64,000 nt of DNA from Escherichia coli (GCF_024298765.1 NZ_CP101210.1), one strand, 5' to 3'. Positions 1 to 11,538 are shown, numbered from the stretch's first letter. Made by a program: numbers and translations. The notes: a model not told the origin generated them from the sequence alone.

Positions 1-683
1 CTATTTCGCTGGGTTACATCGGCATCCACGAAACCATTAACGCGCTGTTCGGCGGCGAGCATGTTTACGACAACGAGCAGCTGCGCGCGAAAGGTATTGC
101 GATTGTTGAGCGTCTGCGTCAGGCGGTGGATCAGTGGAAAGAAGAAACTGGCTACGGTTTCAGCCTCTACAGTACGCCGAGTGAGAACCTGTGCGACCGC
201 TTCTGCCGTCTCGATACCGCTGAGTTTGGCGTGGTGCCGGGCGTGACCGATAAAGGTTACTACACCAACAGTTTCCACCTTGATGTGGAGAAAAAGGTGA
301 ACCCGTATGACAAGATCGACTTTGAAGCGCCTTACCCGCCGCTGGCGAACGGTGGTTTCATTTGCTACGGCGAGTATCCAAACATTCAGCACAACCTGAA
401 GGCGCTGGAAGATGTCTGGGATTACAGCTATCAGCATGTACCGTATTACGGCACCAATACGCCGATCGATGAGTGCTACGAGTGTGGCTTTACCGGTGAG
501 TTCGAGTGCACCAGCAAAGGCTTCACTTGTCCGAAATGTGGTAACCATGACGCCTCCCGTGTGTCGGTGACTCGCCGCGTGTGCGGATATTTAGGTAGCC
601 CGGATGCACGTCCATTTAACGCCGGTAAGCAGGAAGAAGTTAAGCGCCGCGTTAAACATTTGGGGAATGGGCAGATAGGTTAA
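1..683 (+). CDS. nrdD: Anaerobic ribonucleoside-triphosphate reductase NrdD, C-terminal part (5' end lies before the window)
   Basis: Open frame from window start to stop at 681-683; translation ends with the glycyl-radical-type C-terminus; followed by nrdG as in E. coli. Confidence 0.9.
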   Translation, partial: ISLGYIGIHETINALFGGEHVYDNEQLRAKGIAIVERLRQAVDQWKEETGYGFSLYSTPSENLCDRFCRLDTAEFGVVPGVTDKGYYTNSFHLDVEKKVNPYDKIDFEAPYPPLANGGFICYGEYPNIQHNLKALEDVWDYSYQHVPYYGTNTPIDECYECGFTGEFECTSKGFTCPKCGNHDASRVSVTRRVCGYLGSPDARPFNAGKQEEVKRRVKHLGNGQIG

Positions 684-704
684 TCTTCACTCTGCGTTAA
701 GCAA

Positions 705-800
<96 letters not shown>

Positions 801-840
801 GGATGCAGCCTACACGCGGACTGATAAGCCAGGCGAAATA

Positions 841-1305
841 ATGAATTATCATCAGTACTATCCTGTCGACATCGTCAACGGCCCCGGCACTCGCTGCACC
901 CTGTTTGTCTCCGGGTGTGTTCATGAATGCCCCGGTTGCTATAACAAAAGCACCTGGCGGGTAAATTCCGGTCAGCCATTTACCAAAGCAATGGAAGACC
1001 AGATCATTAACGATCTGAATGACACTCGCATCAAACGCCAGGGTATTTCCCTCTCCGGCGGCGATCCGCTGCATCCGCAAAACGTGCCGGATATTCTGAA
1101 ACTGGTACAACGCATCCGCGCCGAATGTCCGGGTAAAGACATCTGGGTGTGGACAGGCTATAAACTCGACGAACTCAACGCTGCGCAAATGCAGGTTGTT
1201 GATTTGATTAACGTGCTGGTCGACGGCAAATTTGTGCAGGATTTAAAAGACCCTTCCCTGATCTGGCGCGGCAGCAGCAATCAGGTGGTGCATCATTTGC
1301 GATGA
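841..1305 (+). CDS. nrdG: Anaerobic ribonucleotide reductase activating protein (radical SAM)
   Basis: 154 aa ORF with N-terminal CxxxCxxC-like cysteine cluster (GCVHECPGCYN); downstream of nrdD. Confidence 0.92.
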   Translation: MNYHQYYPVDIVNGPGTRCTLFVSGCVHECPGCYNKSTWRVNSGQPFTKAMEDQIINDLNDTRIKRQGISLSGGDPLHPQNVPDILKLVQRIRAECPGKDIWVWTGYKLDELNAAQMQVVDLINVLVDGKFVQDLKDPSLIWRGSSNQVVHHLR

Positions 1306-1310
1306 TAAGT

Positions 1311-1340
1311 TCCCTGTTACCTGAGTGCAGGCAACAGGGA
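1311..1340. terminator. Imperfect hairpin between convergent nrdG and cybC
   Basis: TCCCTGTT...AACAGGGA inverted repeat with inner CCTG/CAGG; no clean T-tract. Confidence 0.3.
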
Positions 1341-1349
1341 AATAAGGAA

Positions 1350-1739
<390 letters not shown>

Positions 1740-1918
1740 TCACTTCCTTTTTTATTTACACTTCATCCTTCACACTGCCTCATCGACGGCTACGCTCATT
1801 CGCCCGAGTCACGTACTGCGAGTACGCTCCCCGGTCCTCATTCACTTTCCGTCTCGATGCAGTGCGAATGATTTTGTGTAATTTTTTAGTTTATAGCGCG
1901 GCAGGTCGCGCCAGTTTT

Positions 1919-3271
1919 TTACTGCCCGGCGATTTTCATCTCCGGCAACAGCACAGAACCACACTGTATATTACTGCGTGTTTCAATATCGTTACCGACG
2001 GTGACAATATTGCGCCACATATCTTTTAAATTACCTGCGATGGTGATTTCGCTAACCGGATACTGAATTTCGCCATTCTCTACCCAGAAGCCCGCTGCAC
2101 CACGGGAATAATCACCGGTAATGGCACTCACGCCCTGGCCCATCAGCTCCGTCACCACCAGCCCGGTGCCCATCTCTTTGAGCATTTGTTCGAAGCTTAG
2201 CCCTTGTCCGGCAATCCGCCAGTTGTGAATACCGCCCGCATGTCCGGTGCTTTTCAGCCCCAGTTTCCGCGCCGAGTAGCTGGTCAGCAGCCACTGAGTC
2301 AGGATGCCATCTTTAATAATATCGCGACGCTCGGTGCGCACACCTTCGCTGTCGAATGGCGTAGAGGCCAGCCCTTTCAGCAGATGCGGATGCTCTTCAA
2401 TGGTCAGCCAGTCCGGCAGAATTTGTTTACCCAGCGAATCCAGCAGGAAGGTAGATTTACGGTAAACCGATCCACCCGCTATCGCCCCCACCAGATGCCC
2501 AAAAAGCCCGGTTGCCACTTCATTGGCAAAAATGACCGGCGCTTTCATGGTGGAGAGTTTACGCGGTGACAGACGCGATAAAGTGCGGCGAGCACAGTCG
2601 GCCCCGACCCACTCTGGCGTTTGCAGATCGCTCATCGCACGACCAATGGTGTAGGCGTAATCACGCTCCATATCGCCATTTTCTTCGGCAATTACACAGC
2701 TGGAGAGCGAATGACGCGTAGAGCAGTAACCCTGCAACATGCCGTGGCTGTTGCCAAAAACTTTGACACCGTAGTGGCTGTTAAAGCTGCCACCTTCGGT
2801 ATTGGTGATGCGTTTGTCCGCCTGCAATGCTGCCTGTTCTGCGCGGGCCGCCAGTTCAATGGCTTCATCCGGGGAAACTTCCGCAGGGTGGAACAAGTCG
2901 AGATCCGGTGCGTCAAAGGCCAGCAGCTCTTTGTCTGCCACGCCGGCACAGGGATCTGGCGAGGTATAACGGGCAATATCTAGCGCCGCCTGTACGGTGC
3001 GGGCAATGGCCTGCGGGCTTAAATCGGTAGACGATGCGCTACCTTTGCGGTTCTGGTGATAAACAGTGATCCCCAACGCGCCATCGCTATTGAATTCAAC
3101 ATTCTCCACTTCACCATAACGCGTGCTTACGCTAATGCCGGTGGTCTTGCTGACGGCAACTTCTGCACCGTCCGATTTGCCTGAGGCCAACTCCAGCGCA
3201 GTCGAAACTGCTTCTTCCAGAATCTTGCGCTGCGCTTCAACTTGAGAGATTACTTTCATTGCAAGTGCCAT
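1919..3271 (-). CDS. pmbA: Metalloprotease PmbA/TldE
   Basis: 450 aa ORF; conserved position between cybC and yjgA. Confidence 0.92.
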
Positions 3272-3364
3272 AATGTAGAGAGTTTCTCTGAAGTCTAACA
3301 GAGAACCGTTTTTCAGTGCGCATCTTAACTGGTAACATTAGCCTCTTTTTTTAAGGAGCCTGAG

Positions 3365-3916
3365 ATGACTAAGCAGCCCGAAGACTGGCTCGACGACGTT
3401 CCCGGTGATGACATCGAAGACGAAGACGATGAAATTATCTGGGTCAGTAAAAGTGAAATTAAACGCGATGCCGAGGAGCTAAAACGCCTTGGCGCGGAAA
3501 TTGTTGATCTGGGGAAAAACGCGCTGGATAAGATCCCGTTAGATGCGGATCTGCGCGCGGCTATTGAGCTCGCCCAGCGTATTAAGATGGAAGGTCGCCG
3601 CCGCCAGTTGCAGCTCATCGGTAAGATGCTGCGCCAGCGCGATGTTGAGCCTATTCGTCAGGCGCTGGATAAGCTGAAAAACCGCCACAACCAGCAAGTG
3701 GTGTTGTTCCATAAACTGGAAAACCTGCGCGATCGTCTGATCGAGCAAGGTGATGACGCCATCGCTGAAGTATTGAATCTGTGGCCCGATGCCGATCGTC
3801 AGCAACTGCGTACTCTGATCCGTAACGCGAAGAAAGAGAAAGAAGGGAATAAGCCGCCGAAATCCGCGCGCCAGATTTTCCAGTATCTGCGTGAGTTAGC
3901 GGAAAACGAAGGGTAA
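3365..3916 (+). CDS. yjgA: Ribosome-associated DUF615 protein YjgA (DarP)
   Basis: 183 aa acidic/basic ORF divergent from pmbA. Confidence 0.88.
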   Translation: MTKQPEDWLDDVPGDDIEDEDDEIIWVSKSEIKRDAEELKRLGAEIVDLGKNALDKIPLDADLRAAIELAQRIKMEGRRRQLQLIGKMLRQRDVEPIRQALDKLKNRHNQQVVLFHKLENLRDRLIEQGDDAIAEVLNLWPDADRQQLRTLIRNAKKEKEGNKPPKSARQIFQYLRELAENEG

Positions 3917-3942
3917 TTTTCGTTGTTGATGTGAGTATGGTT

Positions 3943-4047
3943 TGCCGGATGCGGTGCACCTGTAGGCCTGATAAGACGCATCAAGCGTCGCATCAGGCAC
4001 TATGCTCAAATGCCGGATGCGGCGTGAACGCCTTATCCGGCCTACAC
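3943..4047. repeat. REP/BIME cluster
   Basis: GCCGGATGCGG...CCTTATCCGGCCTACA units plus GGCCTGATAAGACGC...GCGTCGCATCAGGC unit. Confidence 0.8.
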
Positions 4048-4073
4048 ACACTCTATCAGGCTGAGGCTGTGAA

Positions 4074-5447
4074 TTACTGCGCGGCTTCCGCTTTCTTCGC
4101 TAACCCATCCAGCAGTTTCTGATGGATCCCACCAAAACCGCCGTTACTCATCACCAGAATGTGATCGCCCGGCTGAGCGGTTTTCACCACCATATCTGCC
4201 AGCGTATCCACATCGCCGCTCCAGTGTGCAGGCTGAACGCAGGCTTCTGCCACTTCTGCCACCTGCCACGGAATATGCGCCGGTTGCAGCAGGAAGACTT
4301 CATCGGCACGACCTAATGAAGGTGCCAGATCGTCTTTGCAGATCCCCATTTTCATGGTGTTTGAGCGCGGTTCCAGCACGGCAATAATGCGCGCCGTACC
4401 ACCAACTTTGCCACGCAGCGCCGCAAGCGTTGCCAGAATCGCCGTCGGGTGATGGGCAAAATCGTCATATACCGTCACACCATTCGCTTCACCACGCAAC
4501 TCCAGACGGCGACGAGCATTAATAAACGAACCCAGCGCGTTAGCGGCATCTGCCGGCGCTACACCAACATGGCGAGCCGCCGCAATCGCCATCAGGCCAT
4601 TGTGCATATTATGTTCGCCTACCAGCGACCATTTCACTTCGCCCACTTTTTCGCCATCCAGCAAGACTTCCCATTCGGAAGCATCGGTGGTCAGCTTTTT
4701 CGCCTGCCAGTGACCTTGCTCGCCCACCAGCTCCTGCTCGCTCCAGCAGCCCATCGCCATGGTCTGTTTCAGGTTGATGTCATTTTCCGGCCAGATAATA
4801 CGGCCCTGCCCCGGAACGATACGCACCAGATGGTGGAACTGTTTCTGGATCGCTTTCAGGTCGTCAAAGATATCGGCGTGATCGAACTCAAGGTTGTTGA
4901 GGATCAGCGTACGCGGGCAGTAATGGACAAATTTAGAGCGTTTGTCGAAGAAGGCGCAGTCATACTCATCCGCTTCGATAACAAAGAAGTCGCTTTCGCC
5001 CAGACGCGCCGAAACCTCAAAGTTCCCCGGCACACCGCCGATCACAAATCCCGGTTTGTAACCGCACTGTTCCAGAATCCAGGTTGCCATTCCCGCGGTG
5101 GTGGTTTTGCCATGTGTACCGGCAACGGCCAGCACCCAGCGGTCGCGCAGCACAAAATCGTGCAGCCACTGCGGACCTGACATATAAGGGATGTTTTTTT
5201 CCAGTACCGCTTCCACACACGGATTTCCACGGGTCATGGCGTTACCAATAATCACCAGATCCGGCTGTGGATCGAGCTGGCTGGCATCGTAACCCTGAAT
5301 CAGTTCAATGCCTTGCTTCTCAAGTAAGGTGCTCATCGGCGGATACACATTGGCGTCCGAACCCGTTACTTCATGGCCTAACTGGCGCGCCAGCATCGCC
5401 AGACCGCCCATAAACGTGCCACAAATTCCTAAAATATGAATGCGCAT
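4074..5447 (-). CDS. mpl: UDP-N-acetylmuramate:L-alanyl-gamma-D-glutamyl-meso-diaminopimelate ligase (murein peptide ligase)
   Basis: 457 aa ORF with Mur ligase P-loop (GTHGKTTT). Confidence 0.92.
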   Translation of the reverse strand: MRIHILGICGTFMGGLAMLARQLGHEVTGSDANVYPPMSTLLEKQGIELIQGYDASQLDPQPDLVIIGNAMTRGNPCVEAVLEKNIPYMSGPQWLHDFVLRDRWVLAVAGTHGKTTTAGMATWILEQCGYKPGFVIGGVPGNFEVSARLGESDFFVIEADEYDCAFFDKRSKFVHYCPRTLILNNLEFDHADIFDDLKAIQKQFHHLVRIVPGQGRIIWPENDINLKQTMAMGCWSEQELVGEQGHWQAKKLTTDASEWEVLLDGEKVGEVKWSLVGEHNMHNGLMAIAAARHVGVAPADAANALGSFINARRRLELRGEANGVTVYDDFAHHPTAILATLAALRGKVGGTARIIAVLEPRSNTMKMGICKDDLAPSLGRADEVFLLQPAHIPWQVAEVAEACVQPAHWSGDVDTLADMVVKTAQPGDHILVMSNGGFGGIHQKLLDGLAKKAEAAQ

Positions 5448-5622
5448 ACGTCACTATCCTTTTTTAATCTGGCGCTCATTTTACGCATATGTCGGGCAAG
5501 TGAGAAACGCATTTCAGGATAATCCGTAATTTGCTGGCGCGATTCACCTGAGCGCAACATTGGGATTATTTGTTAAGATTGTTGCGGTCGCTTTACTCCA
5601 TAAACATTGCAGGGAAAGTTTT

Positions 5623-6621
5623 ATGAAAACGTTAGGTGAATTTATTGTCGAAAAGCAGCACGAGTTTTCTCATGCTACCGGTGAGCTCACTGCTTTGCTG
5701 TCGGCAATAAAACTGGGCGCCAAGATTATCCATCGCGATATCAACAAAGCAGGACTGGTTGATATCCTGGGTGCCAGCGGTGCTGAGAACGTGCAGGGCG
5801 AGGTTCAGCAGAAACTCGACCTGTTCGCTAATGAGAAACTGAAAGCCGCACTGAAAGCACGCGATATCGTTGCGGGCATTGCCTCTGAAGAAGAAGATGA
5901 GATTGTCGTCTTTGAAGGCTGTGAACACGCAAAATACGTGGTGCTGATGGACCCACTGGATGGCTCGTCCAACATCGATGTTAACGTCTCTGTCGGTACC
6001 ATTTTCTCCATCTACCGCCGCGTTACGCCTGTTGGCACGCCGGTAACGGAAGAAGATTTCCTCCAGCCTGGTAACAAACAGGTTGCGGCAGGTTACGTGG
6101 TATACGGCTCCTCTACTATGCTGGTTTACACCACCGGATGCGGTGTTCACGCCTTTACTTATGATCCTTCGCTGGGTGTTTTCTGCCTGTGCCAGGAACG
6201 GATGCGCTTCCCGGAGAAAGGCAAAACCTACTCCATCAACGAAGGAAACTACATTAAGTTTCCGAACGGGGTGAAGAAGTACATTAAATTCTGCCAGGAA
6301 GAAGATAAATCCACCAACCGCCCGTATACCTCACGTTATATCGGTTCACTGGTCGCGGATTTCCACCGTAACCTGCTGAAAGGCGGTATTTATCTCTACC
6401 CAAGCACCGCCAGCCACCCGGACGGTAAACTGCGTTTACTGTATGAGTGCAACCCGATGGCATTCCTGGCGGAACAAGCAGGCGGTAAAGCGAGCGATGG
6501 CAAAGAGCGTATTCTGGATATCATCCCGGAAACCCTGCACCAGCGCCGTTCATTCTTTGTCGGCAACGACCATATGGTTGAAGATGTCGAACGCTTTATC
6601 CGTGAGTTCCCGGACGCGTAA
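5623..6621 (+). CDS. fbp: Fructose-1,6-bisphosphatase class I
   Basis: ORF 5560-6621; start taken at [10 protein letters not shown] (332 aa) rather than the upstream ORF start. Confidence 0.92.
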
Positions 6622-6629
6622 TCTCCTGC

Positions 6630-6655
6630 GCCTCTCCACACGGAGAGGCGTTTTT
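6630..6655 (+). terminator. Rho-independent terminator after fbp (may act bidirectionally for yjfF)
   Basis: GCCTCTCC-ACAC-GGAGAGGC stem-loop followed by TTTTT. Confidence 0.65.
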
Positions 6656-7649
6656 ATCGCTGCGCAATGTTGACTCTTGTCACAGGCGAACTCTGACGAT
6701 TCTCCCACAGCACCGTTAATCCACGCTGTAATGCTATAAAAATAAACAACAAAATACCGATGGCGATTTTCGTCCACCATGAGCTCAGCGTGCCATCAAA
6801 GTTTATGTAAGTCTGAATCAGTCCCTGAATCGCCACGCCAAAAAGCGTCCCTAATACCGTTCCAACGCCACCACTCAAAAGCGTACCGCCAATTACCACT
6901 GAGGCGATAGCATCCAGTTCCACACCTACGCCCGCCAGCGCATATCCGGCCTGGGTATAAATCGAGAAGACAATCCCCGCCAGTGTCGCCAGCCCGGTAG
7001 AGAGCATATAAATGCGAATAGTGGTGCTGCGAGTGGAAATCCCCATCAGGTTCGCCGACGTTGCGTTGCCGCCAATGGCGTACACCTGATTACCAAAACG
7101 CGTACGATGCGCGAGGAATATGCCGATAACCACCACCGCCAGCATCAGCAGCCCCATCGCACTTAAGCGACCGCCGCCAGGGATTTTCCACGCAAGGCTT
7201 GAGAGCGTGTCATAAACAGGATGGTTTATCGGGATCGACTCTTCCGAAACGAGATAGCTGACGCCGCGCAAAAAGAACATCCCCGCCAGGGTAATGATAA
7301 ATGCCGGGATCTTCAGGGCGTCGATCAAAAGCCCCATAAATGCGCCGAAGGCACAGCCCATCACCAGCACCAGTGGAAACGCCAGCAGCGGCGAGAGGCC
7401 GAAATCGCCAATCACTTTTGCCAGAAACACGCCGGTAAAGGCGATCACCGAACCGACGGAGAGATCGATCCCACCGGAGAGGATCACAAAGGTCATACCA
7501 ACGGCGATTATCCCAAGAAAGGCATTATCAGTCAGGATATTGCAGATCACTCTTGTGGAAGCAAAACCGGGAAACTGGGTCAGACAGTAGAGATAACCCA
7601 ACACAAAGACGCCGATGGTGATCATCAGTGGCAAATTACGTTTTATCAC
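6654..7649 (-). CDS. yjfF: Sugar ABC transporter permease (galactofuranose system)
   Basis: 331 aa multi-TM ORF; last gene of ytfQRT-yjfF cluster. Confidence 0.9.
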   Translation of the reverse strand: MIKRNLPLMITIGVFVLGYLYCLTQFPGFASTRVICNILTDNAFLGIIAVGMTFVILSGGIDLSVGSVIAFTGVFLAKVIGDFGLSPLLAFPLVLVMGCAFGAFMGLLIDALKIPAFIITLAGMFFLRGVSYLVSEESIPINHPVYDTLSSLAWKIPGGGRLSAMGLLMLAVVVIGIFLAHRTRFGNQVYAIGGNATSANLMGISTRSTTIRIYMLSTGLATLAGIVFSIYTQAGYALAGVGVELDAIASVVIGGTLLSGGVGTVLGTLFGVAIQGLIQTYINFDGTLSSWWTKIAIGILLFIFIALQRGLTVLWENRQSSPVTRVNIAQR

Positions 7650-8658
7650 GGTTACGTACCCCTTTAATCAGACTGATAAAGCGTTGCGACTGGACAATCA
7701 GCACGCAAAGCACCACCACCGCTTTCACCACCTGGTTCATCTCCGGCGGAAAGCCAGAAAGCAAAATTCCGGTGTTCATTCCCTGAATAATCAGCGCCCC
7801 CACCACCGAAAGCAGCAGGTTAAAGCGCCCGCCCATCAGCGATCCGCCGCCAATCACCACTGCAAGAATGGCGTCCAGCTCCAGCCATAATCCGGCATTG
7901 TTGGCATCGGCACCGCGAATATCCGCCGCCACGATAATGCCCGCAATCGCCGCACATAGCCCGCTCAACACGTAGGTGAGCATGACGATGATCCGCGTGT
8001 TTACCCCGGCATTTTTTGCCGCCCGAATGTTGATACCAACGGCTTCGATAAACATCCCCAGTGCCGTTTTGCGGGTCAACAGCCAGAACAGGAGAAGCGT
8101 CAGCACCGCAATAATGACTGGCGTTGGCAGGAACAACAGCGATCCACTGCCGAACCAGGAGAGATCCGGTGAGTTAAATGTGACGATCTGTCCGGAGGTG
8201 ATCAGTTGCGCCACGCCGCGCCCGGCGACCATCAGGATCAGGGTGGCGACAAACGGCTGAATTTTGAGGATCGCTACCAGTATGCCGTTCCACAATCCTG
8301 CCAGGATGCCAGTGCCCAGGGCGCTTAACAAAACAATTGGCAGGCTGAATCCCGCGACCGTCATCGCAGCCGTTGTGGCTCCGGCGATAGCCATCACCGC
8401 CCCTACGGAGAGATCAATCCCACCGGTGGCGATAACCAGCGTCATGCCAATCGCCAGTAGCGCAACGGGGGCCGCACGGTTAAGAATGTCGATAGGGCTA
8501 CCGAACAAACGCCCATCCTGAAGCACCACCTGCCAGAAATGTGGGGCCACCAGGCTATCAACCAGCAGCACCAGCAACAGTGCCGCCAGCTGCGGCATTC
8601 CTGTTGGCCAGCGAAAACGCCTTTTCGGCGGCGTAGTGTCCGGGAGAGATTGAGGCAT
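7636..8658 (-). CDS. ytfT: Sugar ABC transporter permease
   Basis: Multi-TM ORF; start placed at ATG (MPQSLP...) preceded by GGAGA Shine-Dalgarno, 340 aa; ORF track starts 8 codons upstream at TTG. Confidence 0.88.
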   Translation of the reverse strand: MPQSLPDTTPPKRRFRWPTGMPQLAALLLVLLVDSLVAPHFWQVVLQDGRLFGSPIDILNRAAPVALLAIGMTLVIATGGIDLSVGAVMAIAGATTAAMTVAGFSLPIVLLSALGTGILAGLWNGILVAILKIQPFVATLILMVAGRGVAQLITSGQIVTFNSPDLSWFGSGSLLFLPTPVIIAVLTLLLFWLLTRKTALGMFIEAVGINIRAAKNAGVNTRIIVMLTYVLSGLCAAIAGIIVAADIRGADANNAGLWLELDAILAVVIGGGSLMGGRFNLLLSVVGALIIQGMNTGILLSGFPPEMNQVVKAVVVLCVLIVQSQRFISLIKGVRNRDKT

Positions 8659-8671
8659 CACACTGTTCTCC

Positions 8672-10174
8672 TTACGCCGCAATGGCGTTCATGATCGCCG
8701 GAACGGAAAGCTCTGCCAGCGGGATCTCCGCCACCTGTTTGCGATCGCGCATGATAATCACCCGATCGGCATAGCCCACCAGCTCTTCCAGCTCGGAGGA
8801 GATCACCAGCAGCGCCAGCCCATCGGCGCACAGCGTTTCAATCAGGCGGATGATCTCGGCGTGGGCACCAACATCAATTCCGCGCGTTGGCTCGTCGAGA
8901 ATCAGAAATTGCGGTCGGGTCAGTAGCCAACGTGAAAGCAACACTTTTTGCTGATTGCCGCCGGAGAGAAATTCAATCGGTTGTTCGGTGGAAGGTGTGC
9001 GAATGCCAAGCTGGCGGATAAAGCGTTCGGCAATCTCTTGCTGTTCTTTACGGGAAATAGGTCGTAGCCAGCCGCGCTGGGCCTGGAGAGCGAGGATGAT
9101 ATTTTCCCGCACCGAGGCGGCGGCGATAATGCCATCGGTTTTCCTGTCTTCCGGGCAGAAGCCAATGCCCAGTACCGAAGCCTGATGTGGCGAGCGTAGC
9201 GTTTGCAGTTTGCCTTTGATCAACGCCGTGCCGCTATCAGCAGGTTTGATACCGAAGATCACTTCGGCGGTTTCGGTACGTCCTGATCCCAGCAAGCCTG
9301 CCAGACCGACGATCTCGCCGGGGCGTACTTCGAGATCAAACGGCGCGATCGTTCCTTTTTTGCCGTAATTTTTGAACGCGGCAACAGGTTTGTCGCTCAG
9401 CAATGTTCTCCCGGCACGCTGAAGCGCGTGGGTGTCCAGTTCACGCCCCAGCATCATTTTTACCAGTTCGATCTGCGGTAGCTCGCGGGTTTCCCGACAG
9501 CCCACAAAACTGCCGTTACGTAAGACGGTGATCCGATCGCTGACCTGATAGACCTGATCGAGAAAGTGAGTGACGAAGATCAGACTGACGCCGCGATCGC
9601 GAAGCTGACGCATCAGGCCAAACAGTAACTCTACTTCCTGAGTGTCGAGACTGGCGGTGGGTTCATCGAGGATCAGCACTTTGGCGGAGAGATCGATAGC
9701 CCGGCAAATGGCGACGATTTGCTGCATCGCGACTGAAAAGCGGTTGAGCGGTTCGCGCACGTCGAGGGAGAAACCGTAAGATGCCATCAGTTCGGTGGCG
9801 CGCTTTTCTATCTCTTTACGGCGTAGAAGGCCGAAACGTTTGGGTTCGCGACCTATGAATAGATTATCAGCGACCGACATATTGGGTAGCAGGTTGACTT
9901 CCTGATAGACGGTGCCGATGCCGAGTTGTTGTGCGTGGGCGGTGTTTTTCGGTGAGATAGCCTGGCCTTCCAGCCAGATAGTGCCGCGATCGGCGTGGTA
10001 TACACCGGTTAATGCTTTGATGAGCGTCGATTTTCCCGCCCCGTTTTCACCGAGCAGCGCCATGATTTCACCACGGCGCAGGCTGAAATCAACGTTGTCT
10101 AACGCTTTGACACCGGGGAAAAATTTACTTAATCCTTCGGTGCGGAGGATTTCCTGGTGTTGGTCGGTCGTCAT
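8672..10174 (-). CDS. ytfR: Sugar ABC transporter ATP-binding protein (duplicated ABC domains)
   Basis: 500 aa ORF with two Walker A motifs (GENGAGKST and GLLGSGRTE) and two LSGG signatures. Confidence 0.92.
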   Translation of the reverse strand: MTTDQHQEILRTEGLSKFFPGVKALDNVDFSLRRGEIMALLGENGAGKSTLIKALTGVYHADRGTIWLEGQAISPKNTAHAQQLGIGTVYQEVNLLPNMSVADNLFIGREPKRFGLLRRKEIEKRATELMASYGFSLDVREPLNRFSVAMQQIVAICRAIDLSAKVLILDEPTASLDTQEVELLFGLMRQLRDRGVSLIFVTHFLDQVYQVSDRITVLRNGSFVGCRETRELPQIELVKMMLGRELDTHALQRAGRTLLSDKPVAAFKNYGKKGTIAPFDLEVRPGEIVGLAGLLGSGRTETAEVIFGIKPADSGTALIKGKLQTLRSPHQASVLGIGFCPEDRKTDGIIAAASVRENIILALQAQRGWLRPISRKEQQEIAERFIRQLGIRTPSTEQPIEFLSGGNQQKVLLSRWLLTRPQFLILDEPTRGIDVGAHAEIIRLIETLCADGLALLVISSELEELVGYADRVIIMRDRKQVAEIPLAELSVPAIMNAIAA

Positions 10175-10204
10175 GGTTTCCCCCGGTGTAAAGCGTGCTC
10201 CCAG

Positions 10205-10305
10205 TAGGCATGATAAGACGCGGTAAGCGTCGCATCAGGCTTCAGCGCACCACCGCCGGATGCGGCGCGAGCGCCTTATCCGGCCTACGAATCGGCATCA
10301 GGCAT
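10205..10305. repeat. REP/BIME cluster
   Basis: GATAAGACGCG...CGTCGCATCAGGC and GCCGGATGCGGCGCGAGCGCCTTATCCGGCCTAC units between ytfR and ytfQ. Confidence 0.8.
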
Positions 10306-10313
10306 AGCAACCC

Positions 10314-11270
10314 TCAATACCCCATATTTTTCTTCTTCTCTAACTCTTCTTTTGCGGTATCAGGCAGATAAAGGATGGATTTGGTCAGAGTTAGCTTTTC
10401 AGGCATGGTGCCGTCTTTTTTATATTTCTCCAGCGCATCAAAAGCGGGGCCTGCCATGTTCGGCGTCAGTTCAACGCTGGCGTTCGCTTCGCCATCAATC
10501 ATCGCTTTGTAGATGTCCGGCACGCCGTCGATAGAGCCTGTCAGGATATCTTTGCCCGGTTTCAGGCCCGCTTCTTTAATTGCCTGAATTGCACCAATCA
10601 CCATGTCATCGTTATGGGCGTAAACCATGCAGATGTTTTTGCCGTTGTTTTCCGCTTTGATAAAGCTCTCCATCACTTCTTTGCCTTTGCTGCGGGTGAA
10701 GTCACCTGACTGCGAGCGGATAATTTTGATATTTGGCGCATTCTTAATGGCTTCGGCAAAGCCTTTCTTACGGTCAATGGCGACGCTGGCCCCAACGGTG
10801 CCCTGCAGCTCCACCACGTTGCATGGTTTGCCATTCACTTCTTTTACCAGCCAGTCACCAATCAACTTGCCTTCGAGGATGTTGTCGGCGGTGACAGTGG
10901 TCATATAGAGAGATTTGTCTTTCACATCGATGGAACGGTCAAGCAAGAAGACCGGGATTTCGGCATCTTTCGCCTCTTTTAATACCGGTTCCCAACCCGT
11001 CGCCACCACCGGAGCGATAAAGATCGCATCCACCCCTTGTGCGACGAAGGAACGTACCGCTTTAATCTGGTTTTCCTGCTTTTGCTGACCATCGGCAATT
11101 TTCAGTGTGATACCGCGTTTTTCGGCTTCACTTTTCGCCACATTGGTTTCTGCGGCGCGCCAGCCGGATTCCGATCCGACCTGCGAAAATCCTACGGTTA
11201 ATGGAGCGGCCAACGCCATAGACGACATGGCTGCCGAGACTGCAGAGACTACAAGTAAGCGTTTCCACAT
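10314..11270 (-). CDS. ytfQ: Periplasmic sugar-binding protein (galactofuranose ABC transporter)
   Basis: 318 aa ORF with N-terminal signal peptide; heads the ytfQRT-yjfF cluster. Confidence 0.92.
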   Translation of the reverse strand: MWKRLLVVSAVSAAMSSMALAAPLTVGFSQVGSESGWRAAETNVAKSEAEKRGITLKIADGQQKQENQIKAVRSFVAQGVDAIFIAPVVATGWEPVLKEAKDAEIPVFLLDRSIDVKDKSLYMTTVTADNILEGKLIGDWLVKEVNGKPCNVVELQGTVGASVAIDRKKGFAEAIKNAPNIKIIRSQSGDFTRSKGKEVMESFIKAENNGKNICMVYAHNDDMVIGAIQAIKEAGLKPGKDILTGSIDGVPDIYKAMIDGEANASVELTPNMAGPAFDALEKYKKDGTMPEKLTLTKSILYLPDTAKEELEKKKNMGY

Positions 11271-11341
11271 AGGGTTGTCCTCGTCGGGGTAATTATTATT
11301 GGTGAAAAGATGTTCGCGAAAAAACTATAGACAATTCGTTA

Positions 11342-11360
11342 TGTAACGGATTGCGTTACA
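11342..11360. promoter_or_regulatory. Inverted repeat TGTAACG-gattg-CGTTACA in ytfQ upstream region, candidate operator
   Basis: 7-5-7 perfect palindrome ~70 bp upstream of the ytfQ start. Confidence 0.3.
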
Positions 11361-11510
11361 TCACACTTCAAAAAAGTAAATAAAACGTTAATCACAAGTT
11401 TGTAATCGCTTTCATCTCACTATGAAAAATGCGGCTACGGTTATGGATTTTCCTGCTCTGTATACCGTCTTAAAACTGGCGAAAAAGGAAAATGAAGACG
11501 AAAACAAGCG

Positions 11511-11538
11511 AAGACATTCGGCGCGAGTTGGCTATAAT
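11511..11538 (+). promoter_or_regulatory. Putative sigma70 promoter of ppa
   Basis: -35 AAGACA (11511-11516), 16-nt spacer, -10 TATAAT (11533-11538), ~40 nt upstream of the ppa ATG. Confidence 0.4.

Noticed and set aside
5560-5622. N-terminal extensions reported by the ORF track for fbp, msrA, cpdB, ytfH, fklB, ytfB, ulaD, ulaF, yjfL and others
   Set aside because: Internal start codons give the protein lengths and N-termini I recognise; the extensions are just the first in-frame start after the preceding stop.
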